The notes: generated by a model from the letters alone, not told the origin. A stretch of 64,000 nucleotides of DNA from Planctomycetota bacterium (GCA_965223265.1 OZ244999.1:3200001-3264000), one strand, 5' to 3'. Positions 36,729 through 48,069 are shown, counted from the stretch's first letter. Numbers and translations are program-made.

Positions 36729-38198
36729 TTGGTCGAGACCACCGAAGAAGCCGTGGGTCAGGAGGTGGCGCAGCCGCGCTCGGTGCAGCCGCGTCGCGTG
36801 CGGTTTTCTCGCGAGGTCGCGCTCTACATCGTTCGCGGCATCGTGAGCCATTCACTGGTCGCGTTCTTCATTCTGGAAGCGGTCTTCGCGACCATCCTCA
36901 CGGTGCGCGTGACCGAAAAGGTGCCTCTGGGGTTCGTGACGATCGCGCCGGTGATCCTGAGCGCCCTCGGGGAGGCGCTGATCTATACCGTGCCGACGGC
37001 GCTTCTCTTCGGTAGTGGGCTGGTTGCTGGACGCCTGCGCGGCGACCGCGAGCTGCTGGCGCTCAGTAGCTTCGGTTTTTCCCCGGCACAACTGTTGGCG
37101 GCCGTAGCGCTTCTCGGAATCGTCCTGAGCGCGCTCGCGTACGAAGTCAACCAGCGTTGGGTGCCGCGGTTTCGCGACAACAACCGCAATCTGACCGGCT
37201 ACGTCTTGCGGCAGTTGCCGCGCATGGGGGAGGGATGGAACCTTCACTACGAGACCGACGAGTACGTCTTTTGGGTTCATCATCACCGCGGAGGTCTGCT
37301 CCAAAACATCTTTTTGACCTTGCGCCCTGGCGGCAGAGGTGGCCCCGTTTCTGCGAAAACCCTGGACCGAGTTGACTCGCCGACCTACCCGATCTACCTC
37401 TTCGCCGACCGCGCTGTTGCGCTCTCCGGGAGTGGCGACAAGAACGAATTTCAGATCCGCTTCGAGGATCTCAGCGTCTTTGTTGACGACAAGTTCTTCG
37501 ATTCGTCGTCGCGAGATTCCGACGCGGGTGCCGATCCGAATGCTGCTGCTGCCGACTCTTCTGAGTCTGCGGCGAGCGGCGGGGAGATCCAGCCCGCGAG
37601 CGCCAAGACAGAAGACGACGAGCTGAGCGGTACGCTCGCGTCGCGTGTCGACGCGAACGAGACACCTGCGGATCATGATCCTTATCCGTTTTTCCAGCGC
37701 GGTGATTTGTCGTCTTGGAAGTGGTCCATCCCGACCACGCAGAAGGCGCCGCGGGCCAAGGAAATGGATCGCTGGGCGCTTCTCGAGGCACGCCCTGGGC
37801 TGCTGGCCAATTGGCGGCGACTTGAGGCCCAAGAGGATCCGGACGCAAAGCGCGCGGCGAGAGCGTATCACGCGAACGTCGCCGAACCGCATCGGCGTCT
37901 CGCGACCGCGCTCAGTTGCCTGACGTTTCCGCTGGCGGCGTTCGCGATTGGGCTTGTCCTCCGCTCCAGCAACCGTCTGTTGCCGTTTTTCGTCTCCAGC
38001 ACGACGGTGCCGGCGATCTTCTTTTCGCTCCACCTTGTCGGCGTCCATCTGGCGGAGGAAGGAAAGATGCCTTGGCTCTCCCATCAGATGGGAAACATAG
38101 CGCTGTTTCTTCTCGTCGCCGTCTGTTGGTGTCTGGCGTCGCCGGGACTGTTGGGGAGCCTCATTTCTTGTTGGCGGCGGCGAGACGAGACGGCATAA
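36729..38198 (+). CDS. LptF/LptG (YjgP/YjgQ) family permease
   Basis: YTVPTALLFG..AGRLRGDRELLALSSFGFS, HRRLATALSCLTFPL, 3+3 TM layout. Start uncertain. Confidence 0.85.
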   Translation: MVETTEEAVGQEVAQPRSVQPRRVRFSREVALYIVRGIVSHSLVAFFILEAVFATILTVRVTEKVPLGFVTIAPVILSALGEALIYTVPTALLFGSGLVAGRLRGDRELLALSSFGFSPAQLLAAVALLGIVLSALAYEVNQRWVPRFRDNNRNLTGYVLRQLPRMGEGWNLHYETDEYVFWVHHHRGGLLQNIFLTLRPGGRGGPVSAKTLDRVDSPTYPIYLFADRAVALSGSGDKNEFQIRFEDLSVFVDDKFFDSSSRDSDAGADPNAAAADSSESAASGGEIQPASAKTEDDELSGTLASRVDANETPADHDPYPFFQRGDLSSWKWSIPTTQKAPRAKEMDRWALLEARPGLLANWRRLEAQEDPDAKRAARAYHANVAEPHRRLATALSCLTFPLAAFAIGLVLRSSNRLLPFFVSSTTVPAIFFSLHLVGVHLAEEGKMPWLSHQMGNIALFLLVAVCWCLASPGLLGSLISCWRRRDETA

Positions 38199-38382
38199 TG
38201 GCGGGCTGCCGTCGCCGGCTGCTGCATCGCCGTTGTAACTCGTTAGTCTGTAAGGCGTTGCCTCTGGCTGGCTGTTCTGAACCGAGGCTCCCGTCGAGCG
38301 CCGACGACACCGTGACTTGGCGCTGCAGCGACGCCGATTGACGGGGGAGTTCCGACCGAGAGCGAGAAGGACCGCACGTTCC

Positions 38383-41148
38383 ATGCCGCAGAATCAAGAT
38401 CCGTTTGGTGCTTGGCGCACCTTGAAGAGCGCTTCCGGGGAGGTTCGCTTCGCTCACCTGTCAGTGCTTCAGGACGCCGGTCTCGGAAATGTGGACTCAC
38501 TTCCCTTTTCGATCAAGATTCTGCTCGAGTCGGCCCTTCGGCAGGTCGATGGCTTTCAGGTCCAAGATGAAGACGTGATCGGGCTGGCGGCGTGGTCGCC
38601 GCAGTCTGCAGCCCGCAGCGAGGTGCCGTTCAAGCCGGCGCGCGTGCTCATGCAAGACTTCACAGGCGTGCCTGCGGTCGTCGACCTCGCTGCCCTGCGC
38701 AGCGCAACGGCACGGCTTGGCGGCGATCCCAAGCGCATCAACCCGATCGTGCCGGTTGATCTCGTGATCGATCACTCGGTTCAGGTCGACCGCTTTGGCT
38801 CGGCTGCCGCGTTCGAGTTCAACTCGAAGCGGGAGTTTGAGCGCAATCGCGAGAGGTACGAGTTCCTACGCTGGGGAGCGGAAGCCTTCGACAATTTTCA
38901 AGTCGTGCCGCCGGCAATGGGCATTGTGCACCAAGTGAACCTGGAGTACTTGGCCCGCGTCGTGCAGGTCCGCCAGACTCCTGACGGAGCTGTGGCGCTT
39001 CCGGACTCGCTCGTCGGCACCGACTCGCACACAACCATGATCAACGGTCTCGGCGTTCTGGGCTGGGGCGTGGGCGGCATAGAGGCTGAGGCCGCCATGC
39101 TCGGTCAGCCGCTGTACATGCTCGCTCCCGACGTCGTTGGGCTCAAGCTCGAGGGCGAATTGCCGCAGGGCGCCACGGCGACCGATCTCGTGTTGACGGT
39201 GACGGAGCTCCTCCGTGGGCACGGCGTCGTGGGCAAGTTCGTCGAATTTTGCGGTCCGGGGCTCGACCAGTTGAGTCTGGCCGACCGCGCCACACTGGCC
39301 AACATGGCGCCCGAGTATGGAGCGACCATGGGCTTCTTCCCAGTCGACGGGGAGACGCTTCGCTACCTCAAGGGCACGGGACGCCCCGCCGAGCTGCTCG
39401 ACCTTGTGGAGCGATACACGAAGGAGCAGGGACTCTTTCGTGCTGACGGTGTCCCCGAGTTCACCGAGCTGTTGACGTTGGACATGGGGTGCGTCGAGCC
39501 GTGCCTCGCGGGACCTAAGCGGCCGCAGGACCGCGTGCCGCTAGAAAAAATGAAAGCGTCGTTTCGCAGCGAGCTCGAACAGACGTACAACGTCGACCTG
39601 AGCTCGAGCGATGGCAGCGGCGGGACTGCCACGTCGACGGCGGTGCGAACGCGCAGCAAGACGAGGCAGCGAAGTTACGACACTTTCGCCGTCTCGGTCG
39701 AGGCGCGCGGTGTCGATACTGAAATCACCCACGGCGACGTTTTGATCGCGGCGATTACCAGCTGTACGAACACGTCGAATCCGTCCGTCATGCTCGGCGC
39801 CGGTTTGTTGGCGCAGAAGGCGGTCCAGCGTGGCCTCGACGTCGCCCGTCACGTCAAGACGAGCCTGGCGCCTGGCTCGCGGGTTGTTCGCAAGTACCTG
39901 GAGGCATCAGGGCTGCTACCCTACCTTGAGGCGCTCGGCTTTCATGTCGTCGGCTACGGCTGCACGACTTGCATTGGCAACAGTGGCCCAATCGCGGCGG
40001 AACTTTCGGACGCGGTGCAGTCGAACGAACTGGTTGCTGCCGCGGTGCTCTCGGGCAACCGGAATTTTGAGGGACGTGTCAATCCGGACGTCAGGGCGAA
40101 CTATTTGGCGTCACCACCGTTGGTGGTCGCCTACGCTCTCGCCGGCAGTGTCGACATCGATTTCGACTCCGAGCCGATCGGTACCGACCCGAACGGTGAG
40201 GACATTTTTCTTCGGGACATTTGGCCGAGTCAAGCCGAAGTGCGCGCCGCGGTCGAGCGGTCCCTGAGCCCTGAGATGTTCGAGTCGGAGTATGGCAACG
40301 TATTCGACGGCAATGACAGCTGGAACGCGATCCCCGTGGAAAAGGGCGATCTTTACAGCTGGAACGCGCAGTCGACCTATATCCAGGAGCCACCGTTTTT
40401 CACGCAGCTGACGCTCGAAGTGGCAGACCCCGCTCCGGTTCGTGACGCGCGCGTGTTGGCGCTCCTTGGTGATTCCGTCACGACCGATCACATTTCGCCA
40501 GCGGGGGCGATTAAGTCGGACGGGCCTGCCGGCGAGTACCTGTCGGCGAACGGTATCGACGAGCGAGACTTCAACTCGTTTGGTTCTCGCCGTGGCAACC
40601 ACGAGGTCATGATGCGCGGTACCTTCGCGAACATTCGCTTGCGCAACCAGCTGGTGCCTGGCGTCGAAGGTGGCTACACGCGGTGGCTGCCGGACGGTGA
40701 ACAGATGAGCATCTACGACGCCGCCATGAAGTACGCTGCCGATTCCGTACCGTTGGTGGTGATCGCCGGCACCGAGTACGGGACGGGAAGCTCGCGCGAC
40801 TGGGCCGCGAAAGGGACGATGCTCTTGGGCGTTCGCGCGGTGATCGCCGTCAGCTTTGAGCGGATTCATCGTAGCAACTTGATTGGGATGGGTGTTCTGC
40901 CGTTAGAGTTCAAGGCTGGGGAGAGTGCCTCGAGCCTCGGGCTGACCGGCGAAGAAACGTTTGATCTCGCTGGCATTGAGGCCCTGAAGCCGCGCCAAGA
41001 GATTTCAGTGACGGCGAAACGTCCGGATGGAAAGGAGGTGAGCTTCTCCGTCGTGGCACGAATTGATACACCTGTGGAGGTGCGATACTTCCAGCAGGGT
41101 GGTATCCTCAACACCGTGCTACGAGATATGGTGACGGCCAAAGATTGA
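38383..41148 (+). CDS. acnA: Aconitate hydratase AcnA
   Basis: [70 protein letters not shown]. Confidence 0.97.
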   Translation: MPQNQDPFGAWRTLKSASGEVRFAHLSVLQDAGLGNVDSLPFSIKILLESALRQVDGFQVQDEDVIGLAAWSPQSAARSEVPFKPARVLMQDFTGVPAVVDLAALRSATARLGGDPKRINPIVPVDLVIDHSVQVDRFGSAAAFEFNSKREFERNRERYEFLRWGAEAFDNFQVVPPAMGIVHQVNLEYLARVVQVRQTPDGAVALPDSLVGTDSHTTMINGLGVLGWGVGGIEAEAAMLGQPLYMLAPDVVGLKLEGELPQGATATDLVLTVTELLRGHGVVGKFVEFCGPGLDQLSLADRATLANMAPEYGATMGFFPVDGETLRYLKGTGRPAELLDLVERYTKEQGLFRADGVPEFTELLTLDMGCVEPCLAGPKRPQDRVPLEKMKASFRSELEQTYNVDLSSSDGSGGTATSTAVRTRSKTRQRSYDTFAVSVEARGVDTEITHGDVLIAAITSCTNTSNPSVMLGAGLLAQKAVQRGLDVARHVKTSLAPGSRVVRKYLEASGLLPYLEALGFHVVGYGCTTCIGNSGPIAAELSDAVQSNELVAAAVLSGNRNFEGRVNPDVRANYLASPPLVVAYALAGSVDIDFDSEPIGTDPNGEDIFLRDIWPSQAEVRAAVERSLSPEMFESEYGNVFDGNDSWNAIPVEKGDLYSWNAQSTYIQEPPFFTQLTLEVADPAPVRDARVLALLGDSVTTDHISPAGAIKSDGPAGEYLSANGIDERDFNSFGSRRGNHEVMMRGTFANIRLRNQLVPGVEGGYTRWLPDGEQMSIYDAAMKYAADSVPLVVIAGTEYGTGSSRDWAAKGTMLLGVRAVIAVSFERIHRSNLIGMGVLPLEFKAGESASSLGLTGEETFDLAGIEALKPRQEISVTAKRPDGKEVSFSVVARIDTPVEVRYFQQGGILNTVLRDMVTAKD

Positions 41149-41291
41149 CAGTCCGTCTCGGGCGAAAGCGTAGACTTCTGCCCAGGCGTTCCAAAAAAGG
41201 GCCCGTCGGGAATCCTCGTGGCGGTCCCTCAACACTAGAGGAGTTAGGGTGTTGATGGAACGCAACAGCGAGGCGTGGCGAAGGAGAGAGT

Positions 41292-42329
41292 GTGAAGACG
41301 ATCGGTGCGACCCGCCGCGCGGTCCCACGTGGTCACAGCGGCGAATTCGAAACCCATTTGGCGCTCGAGTCGATCGACAGTCGTTCGGGGTTGTCCTGTC
41401 GCGTTGTGCGCATGCCTCCCGGCGTCGAGTCGTGGTATCGGGCCAACTTTGCGAGTGACCTTTACAGGCCGAGTCGTAGTTGGCCAGATGCCGAGTGCAT
41501 CTACGACCGCGCCCGGAGTCACGTCTACCGTCTGCCAGCTGGTCTCTCGCCGCCGCGGCCGGTGGAGCCGGATCTTGATGGTGATCCGGCGGATGTCAGG
41601 GCCGTGGACCGTTTGATCGTTAAGGAGGAAGTCTTTCCGATCCCGTCGAATCGTCTGTTCACGCGTCCACGCTCCCAGCGTGAGTTTTGTAACCTGCGGC
41701 ACTTGAGGGCGATTGGCCTGCCGGCAGTAGAGCCGATCTGCTTTGGCTATGAAGGTTTCACTGGATTCTATTCACGCGTGTTTACGATGACGGTCGAGTT
41801 CAGCGATTCGATGACGCTCAAGGAGTGGGTGAGCGACCGGCGGGATCCGCGTCGTCGCGACGTCGCCAGAGATGTTGGAGCCTACACGTGCGATCGTCAG
41901 GGGGTATTTCGTGCCCTCTCCTCTTTGGCACCACGTCTGGCGGCCGCGCATCGTCGTGGATGCTATCTGCGGACGCTGTATGCGAAGAACGTCCTGATTC
42001 GGCCGTGCGGTACGGAAGTCGAGCTTGCTCTCTGTGACACGCCGAGGGTGTGGCAGTCGCGCCAGAGGAGATTCTACTTCACGCCGGCGTGCTTCGATCT
42101 CGCCACTCTCGACAAATGCCTCCGCCGCGTCTTTGGTGAGTCCGAGCGAGAGCACCTATTCGATCGTTACTTGAGTGCGTTGGGAGAGGGACCATCGCGC
42201 GTCATGTGGATGAGGCGACTTCGGCTCATGTCTTCCTATCTGGGGTACCGCAGTCCGGTGGGCAGAATGAAGGAAGTCGTGAGAAGGTCGTGCCGCGCGG
42301 TGAGGCGCGGATTTGGAGGCAGGGCGTAG
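41292..42329 (+). CDS. Lipopolysaccharide kinase (Kdo/WaaP/InaA) family protein
   Basis: RSQREFCNLRHLRAIGLPAVEPI, AHRRGCYLRTLYAKNVLI, DLATLD. Catalytic loop is atypical. Confidence 0.65.
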   Translation: MKTIGATRRAVPRGHSGEFETHLALESIDSRSGLSCRVVRMPPGVESWYRANFASDLYRPSRSWPDAECIYDRARSHVYRLPAGLSPPRPVEPDLDGDPADVRAVDRLIVKEEVFPIPSNRLFTRPRSQREFCNLRHLRAIGLPAVEPICFGYEGFTGFYSRVFTMTVEFSDSMTLKEWVSDRRDPRRRDVARDVGAYTCDRQGVFRALSSLAPRLAAAHRRGCYLRTLYAKNVLIRPCGTEVELALCDTPRVWQSRQRRFYFTPACFDLATLDKCLRRVFGESEREHLFDRYLSALGEGPSRVMWMRRLRLMSSYLGYRSPVGRMKEVVRRSCRAVRRGFGGRA

Positions 42330-42331
42330 CG

Positions 42332-42991
42332 ATGAAGACGATGCGGTATTCAGAGAACCTGCGACGCAGGCAACAGGCAGAGAGTTACAACACGAAGTAC
42401 GAGCGCGAGTTTCACAAGAGAGTTTCCGATCGCCGCGAGAAGAAGCTGTTGGCGCAGATTCTTACCGCCTCGGGCCAGCACGACACGATTCTCGATGTGC
42501 CATGCGGTGCTGGCAGACTCTCCGGCGTGATCGCTCGACATGCGAATCGACTATTCGAAGTCGACTATTCGCACGAGATGCTCAGGCTCTGTCGCACCAA
42601 CTCGATGCGCAGCGGTTACACCGCCTTACTCGCCAATTCCACCGTATTCTCGCTTCCGTTCGCCGACAGATCGTTTGACTTAGTGGTTTCTATACGATTG
42701 TCGCACCACATTCCGGAAGCGGCGGCAAGAGAGCGCTATCTGAGAGAGATCTGCCGCGTCGCTAAACGGCAGGTGCTCTTCACGTTTTTCGGCGAGGAGA
42801 GCTGGAAGAATCGGCTGCGCAACCTTCGCCGCGCTCTCGGCTCCTCGAAGCGCGGCAAGATGACGCTCCATCACCGGGACGTTCGACGCATCGCCGAGGA
42901 GTGCGGATTTAGGTGGCGGCGTTCGTGGGCGTTGGCGCCGTTTTTCAGCGGCCACTACTATGCACTTTTGGAACGTGAAGGCCACTATTGA
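42332..42991 (+). CDS. Class I SAM-dependent methyltransferase
   Basis: ILDVPCGAGR, LPFADRSFDLVVSIRLSHH, GGAGG RBS. Confidence 0.9.
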   Translation: MKTMRYSENLRRRQQAESYNTKYEREFHKRVSDRREKKLLAQILTASGQHDTILDVPCGAGRLSGVIARHANRLFEVDYSHEMLRLCRTNSMRSGYTALLANSTVFSLPFADRSFDLVVSIRLSHHIPEAAARERYLREICRVAKRQVLFTFFGEESWKNRLRNLRRALGSSKRGKMTLHHRDVRRIAEECGFRWRRSWALAPFFSGHYYALLEREGHY

Positions 42992-43017
42992 TCGTCGAGC
43001 GTCGGCCGCACGCACGG

Positions 43018-45261
43018 CTATCTGCGATCCAGAAACTCCAAGAGCTGTACGGCCGGCTCGAACCCCGGCGCCAACTCGAGCGCTCGCTTGGCTGCCGTGC
43101 GCGCCGCGTCGACGCGCTCCTGTTGGACGTAGGTAGTGGCTTGCGCCAACGGATACTCAGGGTTTTGTGGATCGAGTTTCTCGGCTGTGGCTAGATCGTT
43201 GAGACCGCCATCAGCATCGCCCGATTGGATCCGTGCGAGCCCCAGATTGTACCACGCGCGAGTGAACTCCGGCAGCAGCTCGACCGCGCGCTCGAACGCC
43301 ACGATCGCATCTGAAAGGCGTCCCGCCTCGGCGAGCGCGAGAGCGCGGGAGTACGGATACTCAGCCTCGGTCGGATCGAGCTCCTCCGCGCGCTTCAGTA
43401 CGTCAATCGCTTCGTCCAGGGATCCGCGCTGCGACAGAATCACGGCGAGGGCGTGATAGAGCGGCGCTGAGTTTGCATCCCAGACGATGGCCTTGCGTAC
43501 CCACTCCTCGGCGCGGGTTAAGTCGCCGCGGTGCATGTAGAACACGCTGCGCTGAAGGGCTCCTGTCGGTTGGTCGGCGCTCACATCGAGCGCGACGGCG
43601 AGCTCTTTCCCTGCACCACGGCTCGTGTCGATCGTGCTTCGGCGAGACCACGCAGACTCAATCCGTACGAATCGGGAGACGTCGCCGCCGAGATGCGCGA
43701 CTTGAGGCAGGTTCTCACCGAGCGGGCCGAGCGCTCGAATCGCCGTGCCGCGCACGAGGGGATGCGAGTCTCCAAGCCGTCCGGTAAGCACGTTCAAAAC
43801 GTCCTCGCGGGCAGCCCAAGGTTCGAGAAGGCTGACCGCGACGGCTCGCCACACGGGTGACTTCTCCGACCGCGCGAGGCGCTGAAGTTCGGGGACGGCG
43901 CGCACGTCACCAGCTTGGGCCGCAGCAACTGCTCGCGCTCGTTTCCTCGTGTTTCGCTCGAGTCGTTCGCCGTACCATTTGCTCGCAGCATCGATGGCCC
44001 AGTCGACGCTGCGATCGTCGTGGCAACGATTGCAGGCGTTGGGAATCCCTAGCTCGCGTGTCAACAGCGGATCCGGAATGGTGAAGCCGTGGTCGCGGCG
44101 CGGGTGGCGCTGCATGTAGGTGGTGAGTGGCATATGGCAGTTGACGCACTGTCCCCCGGCGCCGTTGACGTCGTGATGGCTGTGCGCTGCCGGATCGATT
44201 TTCCCTTTGTGACAGGAGAGGCAAAGGGCGTTACCTTGCAGACGGAGCTTGCCCGAGTGCGGCTCGTGGCAGTTGATGCAGCGTACACCCTCGGTGTACA
44301 TGCGACTCGAGTAGAAGGAGGTGAATTCGTAATCCTCTTCGAGAACCTGACCGTCGGGGTAAAAGATTGCGGGGTCATCCGGTAGTACGAGTCGGTAGTG
44401 ATCGAAGAACGGCTCTCCCGGCTCGTAGCGATGCGTCAATTCGCCGCGTCTCGCGTGGCACGACCCGCAGGTATCAAAGACCGTATCCAAGCTTCGCGCT
44501 GGGCGTAACGGCCACGGTTTCGATGCCGGATGCATGCCGTACCAGTCCACATGCTCCTGGTATGGTCCGTGGCAAGCTTCGCAACCGACGCCGATTTCGA
44601 GCCAACGTGTGGAGTAGGTGTCGGTGGCAATCTCGTAGTTCTTTTCGAGCTTCGTCATGTGGCAGCTGGCGCACATCGAGTTCCACGTCATGCCGCGGCT
44701 GGCCCAGAAGCCCCACTCGTGCGGTTTTCGGTCTTCGTCGCCGTAGACGTTGAACCATTCCTTCTTCGCCGGGTCGAAGGCGACTTCTGTGACCTGGTAG
44801 CGTCCCCCTTCGAACGGGATGACGAATTGGTACAGCGGGTCGACGCCGATCACACGTTTCGGCACGTGTGCCTTAACGGTGTTGTCTGCCGAGAGCGTCA
44901 CCACTTCGAGCGACTCGCCGGCGAGGCGAAACTCAGAGTGCGTCGTTCCGCTGAGGAGAGTCTGAGTCGGAGCGAACGCGTGACGATCGGTTGCGACATC
45001 CACTGGGCGCTCAGCCAGCCCATGATGCGACCCTTTCCAGGCGCGGAACTGATCCTCGTGGCACGGCCGACAGCTCTGAGAGCCAGCCCAGTTGCGCTCG
45101 GTGCTCGGGCGGGAGCCCCGCGACGTAGAAGGGGGCGCGTGAGGCGAACGAGTCCCGCTCGCGTGGTCGCTCCTCCTTGTGTCACGAGTGACGTAGATGC
45201 CGAGGCCAGCGAAGAGGGCCGTCAACGTCGTCAAAATGACCCAGATCTCGAGGCGACGCAC
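43018..45261 (-). CDS. Octaheme cytochrome c + HEAT + TPR protein
   Basis: Eight CxxCH motifs (CRPCH, CASCH, CEACH, CGSCH, CINCH, CLSCH, CVNCH, CNRCH), N-terminal anchor, C-terminal TPRs (RAWYNLG). Confidence 0.9.
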   Translation of the reverse strand: MRRLEIWVILTTLTALFAGLGIYVTRDTRRSDHASGTRSPHAPPSTSRGSRPSTERNWAGSQSCRPCHEDQFRAWKGSHHGLAERPVDVATDRHAFAPTQTLLSGTTHSEFRLAGESLEVVTLSADNTVKAHVPKRVIGVDPLYQFVIPFEGGRYQVTEVAFDPAKKEWFNVYGDEDRKPHEWGFWASRGMTWNSMCASCHMTKLEKNYEIATDTYSTRWLEIGVGCEACHGPYQEHVDWYGMHPASKPWPLRPARSLDTVFDTCGSCHARRGELTHRYEPGEPFFDHYRLVLPDDPAIFYPDGQVLEEDYEFTSFYSSRMYTEGVRCINCHEPHSGKLRLQGNALCLSCHKGKIDPAAHSHHDVNGAGGQCVNCHMPLTTYMQRHPRRDHGFTIPDPLLTRELGIPNACNRCHDDRSVDWAIDAASKWYGERLERNTRKRARAVAAAQAGDVRAVPELQRLARSEKSPVWRAVAVSLLEPWAAREDVLNVLTGRLGDSHPLVRGTAIRALGPLGENLPQVAHLGGDVSRFVRIESAWSRRSTIDTSRGAGKELAVALDVSADQPTGALQRSVFYMHRGDLTRAEEWVRKAIVWDANSAPLYHALAVILSQRGSLDEAIDVLKRAEELDPTEAEYPYSRALALAEAGRLSDAIVAFERAVELLPEFTRAWYNLGLARIQSGDADGGLNDLATAEKLDPQNPEYPLAQATTYVQQERVDAARTAAKRALELAPGFEPAVQLLEFLDRR

Positions 45262-45656
45262 TACGAGGCGCTCCCATTTGGCTGCGCCCGCTGGCGGCAG
45301 AAGGCTGCACTGGAGGCGGCCGCGAGGTGGCTTCCAGCACTCTCAAATTCTGTCTTCATGAAACTCGAGCCGATGGGGAATTCTTTCCAATGACGTCGTG
45401 CTCGCTGTTATACGGAAAATCGGTCGGCACGCCAATGCTTGCGTCTCGAGCGCGGTTTGAGGCGGTGACACGGCAGCCGCCACTGGACGTCATCCTACCT
45501 GCTCAGCGCGCGAGCGTCAGAATGTTGATTCCCTTTGCTTCCGCTTGCGGCAAAATGCGGCCTTTGGCGACGCGCCCGGCGCGGGTCGACGCCCACCGCT
45601 CACCTCTGTTTGTGTGAGTGTTCGAGACCGCTTAACGTGTACGGAGAGGATGTCGA

Positions 45657-46136
45657 ATGTCCTACACCTGGTTGTTTTTCGTTTTGGGTGCTGTGTTGTC
45701 GTGGGGGGCCTACGGCCCGACGCTCCACATTGGGCAATCAGGGTTTGCGGACCCAGCGCCGCTGAACAAGTCGCTGCGAGCGCTCTTCTGCGTCGGCGGG
45801 GCATACTTTCTTGTTGCGGTCTTGGTCCCAGGCGTTCTCCTCGGGATGAAGGGCGAGCTGGCAGGCTTCACTGGCAAAGGGGCTGCCTTCTCGACCATTG
45901 CCGGGGTGTTGGGCGCGCTTGGCGCCGTCTGTATCACCTGGGCGTTCAAGAGCGGCGGCAGTCCGTTCATTGTCATGCCGCTCGTGTTCGCCGGTGCACC
46001 GGTCATGAACGCTTTGATCTCAGCGTTGTCTCACCCGCCGCAGGGTGGCCTGCGCGACGTGGACGTCCGTCTGTGGATCGGCTTGGCCATGGCCGCAGCG
46101 GGCGCCTTTATGGTGCTCAAGTACAAACCGGCCTAA
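45657..46136 (+). CDS. Small membrane protein (about 5 TM, EamA/DMT-like)
   Basis: WGAYGP, GVLGALGA, VMPLVFAGAPVMN, GAGAGG RBS. Confidence 0.75.
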   Translation: MSYTWLFFVLGAVLSWGAYGPTLHIGQSGFADPAPLNKSLRALFCVGGAYFLVAVLVPGVLLGMKGELAGFTGKGAAFSTIAGVLGALGAVCITWAFKSGGSPFIVMPLVFAGAPVMNALISALSHPPQGGLRDVDVRLWIGLAMAAAGAFMVLKYKPA

Positions 46137-46208
46137 CTCGCTCATGCGCAAAACAGCTTGCCACGGTTCACCGCGCCAACGGCGAGTCAGCGGCGGACGC
46201 GGGCGGGG

Positions 46209-47882
46209 TCACACGAGGCGCTTGCGATCTCGAAGCGCCGCGAGCGCCGCGTTCCGCCCCGGCGCGCCGAGAACACCACCGCCCGGATGGGCACCCGCGC
46301 CGCATAGGTAGAGTCCGTCCACCGGGGTGAGGTAGCGGCTCCAGCCGTCGGCGGGGCGCAGCCAATAGAGCTGATCGAGGCTCATCGCGGCGTGAAAGAT
46401 GTTGCCTCCAGTGAGGCCGAAGATGCGCTCAAGATCACGAGGGCTGAGGACGTCGCGAGCGATCACGGACGCCGTAAAGCCCGGGGCGAATCCTTCGATG
46501 ACCGCAAAGACGCGGTCGGCGAAGCTGCCCTTACGGCCTGGGTCGTCCCAAGATCCTGCGGCGAGGTCGTATGGCGTGTACTGCACAAAGAGAGAGGCTA
46601 CGTGTTTTCCCGTCGGCGCCAAAGAGTCGTCGACTGCGGACGGAATCGTCATTTCGATCACCGGGCGCCGCGAGGCCTCCCCTTTTTCCGCATCACGAAA
46701 CGCTGATTCGATCTCATCGAGGGATTGAGTTAGGTGGATCGTACCGCGATGCTGCGGCCCCGGTTCACGGCCGCGAGCCGCGGTGAAATCGGGTAGGCGA
46801 TCGAGGGCGACGTTGATCTTGGTCACCCCGGAGGACATGTCGAGGTGCGCTATGCGTGCGTGGAAGTCGGACGGCAGACACTCCGCAGGCAGCAAGTCAA
46901 GAAACGTCCGCTGCGGATCCAGGCTCGACAGCACCTGTTGTGCCGTGTGCTCGGTGCCGTCGGCGAGCACGATTCCGCGAACTCTGCCGTCTTTGACGGT
47001 GAGCTGGCTGATTTCGCTCTGTAACTGGATCTTGGCGCCGTGGGCTTCTGCCGCACGACGCAGTGCCAACGTCAGGCTGCCCATGCCGCCGCGAACGTAG
47101 CCCCAGACGCCGCGTGCGCCGTCCGTCTCGCCCATGACGTGGTGGAAGAGCACGTAGCCGCTGCCTGGCGTCGACGGGCTGATCATCGCCCCGATAATCG
47201 CGTCGGTCGCCAGTGTGGCGCGCAGCGGTTCCGATTCGAACCAGCGCTGCAGCAAGCGGCTTGCGGGCGCTGTCATCCATTCGACAAGCGACGGCAGATC
47301 GTTGCCGAGCCGTAGCGCCCGAATTCCTGCACCGAAGAGCGTCGGCCACTCTGCTGCGCGGCGCAGTTGCCGGCCCAGCCGTGGTTCGATCGGCGGCGAG
47401 TCGAGGAGCGGTTCGAGAAACTCGGCCAGTTTTGTGAGAGTTTGCTCGTAACGCGGGAAAGAGTCGGCGTCGCGCTGAGAAAACTGAGCGATCGATCGCG
47501 TCGTTGCTTTCTGATCAGGTCCAAGATAAAGGGCGCGTCCATCGCCGCACGGGGTGAATGACGAAGGATTCCTTGGTAGCATCTGAAAGCCGTACGCCTT
47601 GAGATTGAGATCGCTGATGATGCGGGGGCGGAACAGGCTGTTGACGTACGCCGCGCGGGAAAACTTAAAACCAGGCACGATCTCTTCTGTGACGCACGCG
47701 CCTCCGACGACATGACGGCGCTCGACCACGAGCGTCTTCAAGCCGGCGAGGGCTAAATACGCTGCGCACGTGAGTCCGTTGTGGCCCGCCCCAAGGACGA
47801 TCGCGTCCCATGAATTTGCCTTCGTCGTTGGTTGGGCCAAGTCTCGTGTCCTCTGCGATCTCGAAACGGGAGAGCTCACCAC
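46209..47882 (-). CDS. Phytoene-dehydrogenase-like FAD oxidoreductase (PYROXD2/COG1233 type)
   Basis: GAGHNGL, VGGACVTEE, GYVLFHHVMG, GGNIFH, GAHPGGGVLGAPGRNAA. Confidence 0.9.
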   Translation of the reverse strand: MVSSPVSRSQRTRDLAQPTTKANSWDAIVLGAGHNGLTCAAYLALAGLKTLVVERRHVVGGACVTEEIVPGFKFSRAAYVNSLFRPRIISDLNLKAYGFQMLPRNPSSFTPCGDGRALYLGPDQKATTRSIAQFSQRDADSFPRYEQTLTKLAEFLEPLLDSPPIEPRLGRQLRRAAEWPTLFGAGIRALRLGNDLPSLVEWMTAPASRLLQRWFESEPLRATLATDAIIGAMISPSTPGSGYVLFHHVMGETDGARGVWGYVRGGMGSLTLALRRAAEAHGAKIQLQSEISQLTVKDGRVRGIVLADGTEHTAQQVLSSLDPQRTFLDLLPAECLPSDFHARIAHLDMSSGVTKINVALDRLPDFTAARGREPGPQHRGTIHLTQSLDEIESAFRDAEKGEASRRPVIEMTIPSAVDDSLAPTGKHVASLFVQYTPYDLAAGSWDDPGRKGSFADRVFAVIEGFAPGFTASVIARDVLSPRDLERIFGLTGGNIFHAAMSLDQLYWLRPADGWSRYLTPVDGLYLCGAGAHPGGGVLGAPGRNAALAALRDRKRLV

Positions 47883-47910
47883 GACGGCATGAGAGTTTTG
47901 ACGTAGTTAA

Positions 47911-48069
47911 CAGCCCGTTGAAAAAGTCATTCGGCCGAGAAACTGGCCTCTTCGCGCCCAGATCGATCGCGTCAATACTCGAAAATCTCGGAGATTACCT
48001 GCGTTTGCCGCGGCCGATCTGGACGCGAAGAGACCAGTTTTCGGCTCGAAGCACTTTTTCAACGGGCTG
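47911..48069 (+). mobile_element. MITE, 159-bp subfamily B, TTAA duplication; decayed arm follows at about 48081-48125
   Basis: TIR CAGCCCGTTGAAAAAG...CTTTTTCAACGGGCTG, TTAA on both sides. Confidence 0.9.

Noticed and set aside
36852-38384. 510-aa minus-strand ORF
   Set aside because: Antisense shadow of the LptF/G gene in a high-GC genome
41145-41176. TTGACA...TAGACT sigma-70 promoter at the acnA stop
   Set aside because: The 20-bp spacer is too long
45424-45440. Sigma-54 -24/-12 site CGGCACGCCAATGC
   Set aside because: The GG-to-GC spacing is 9 bp, not the required 10
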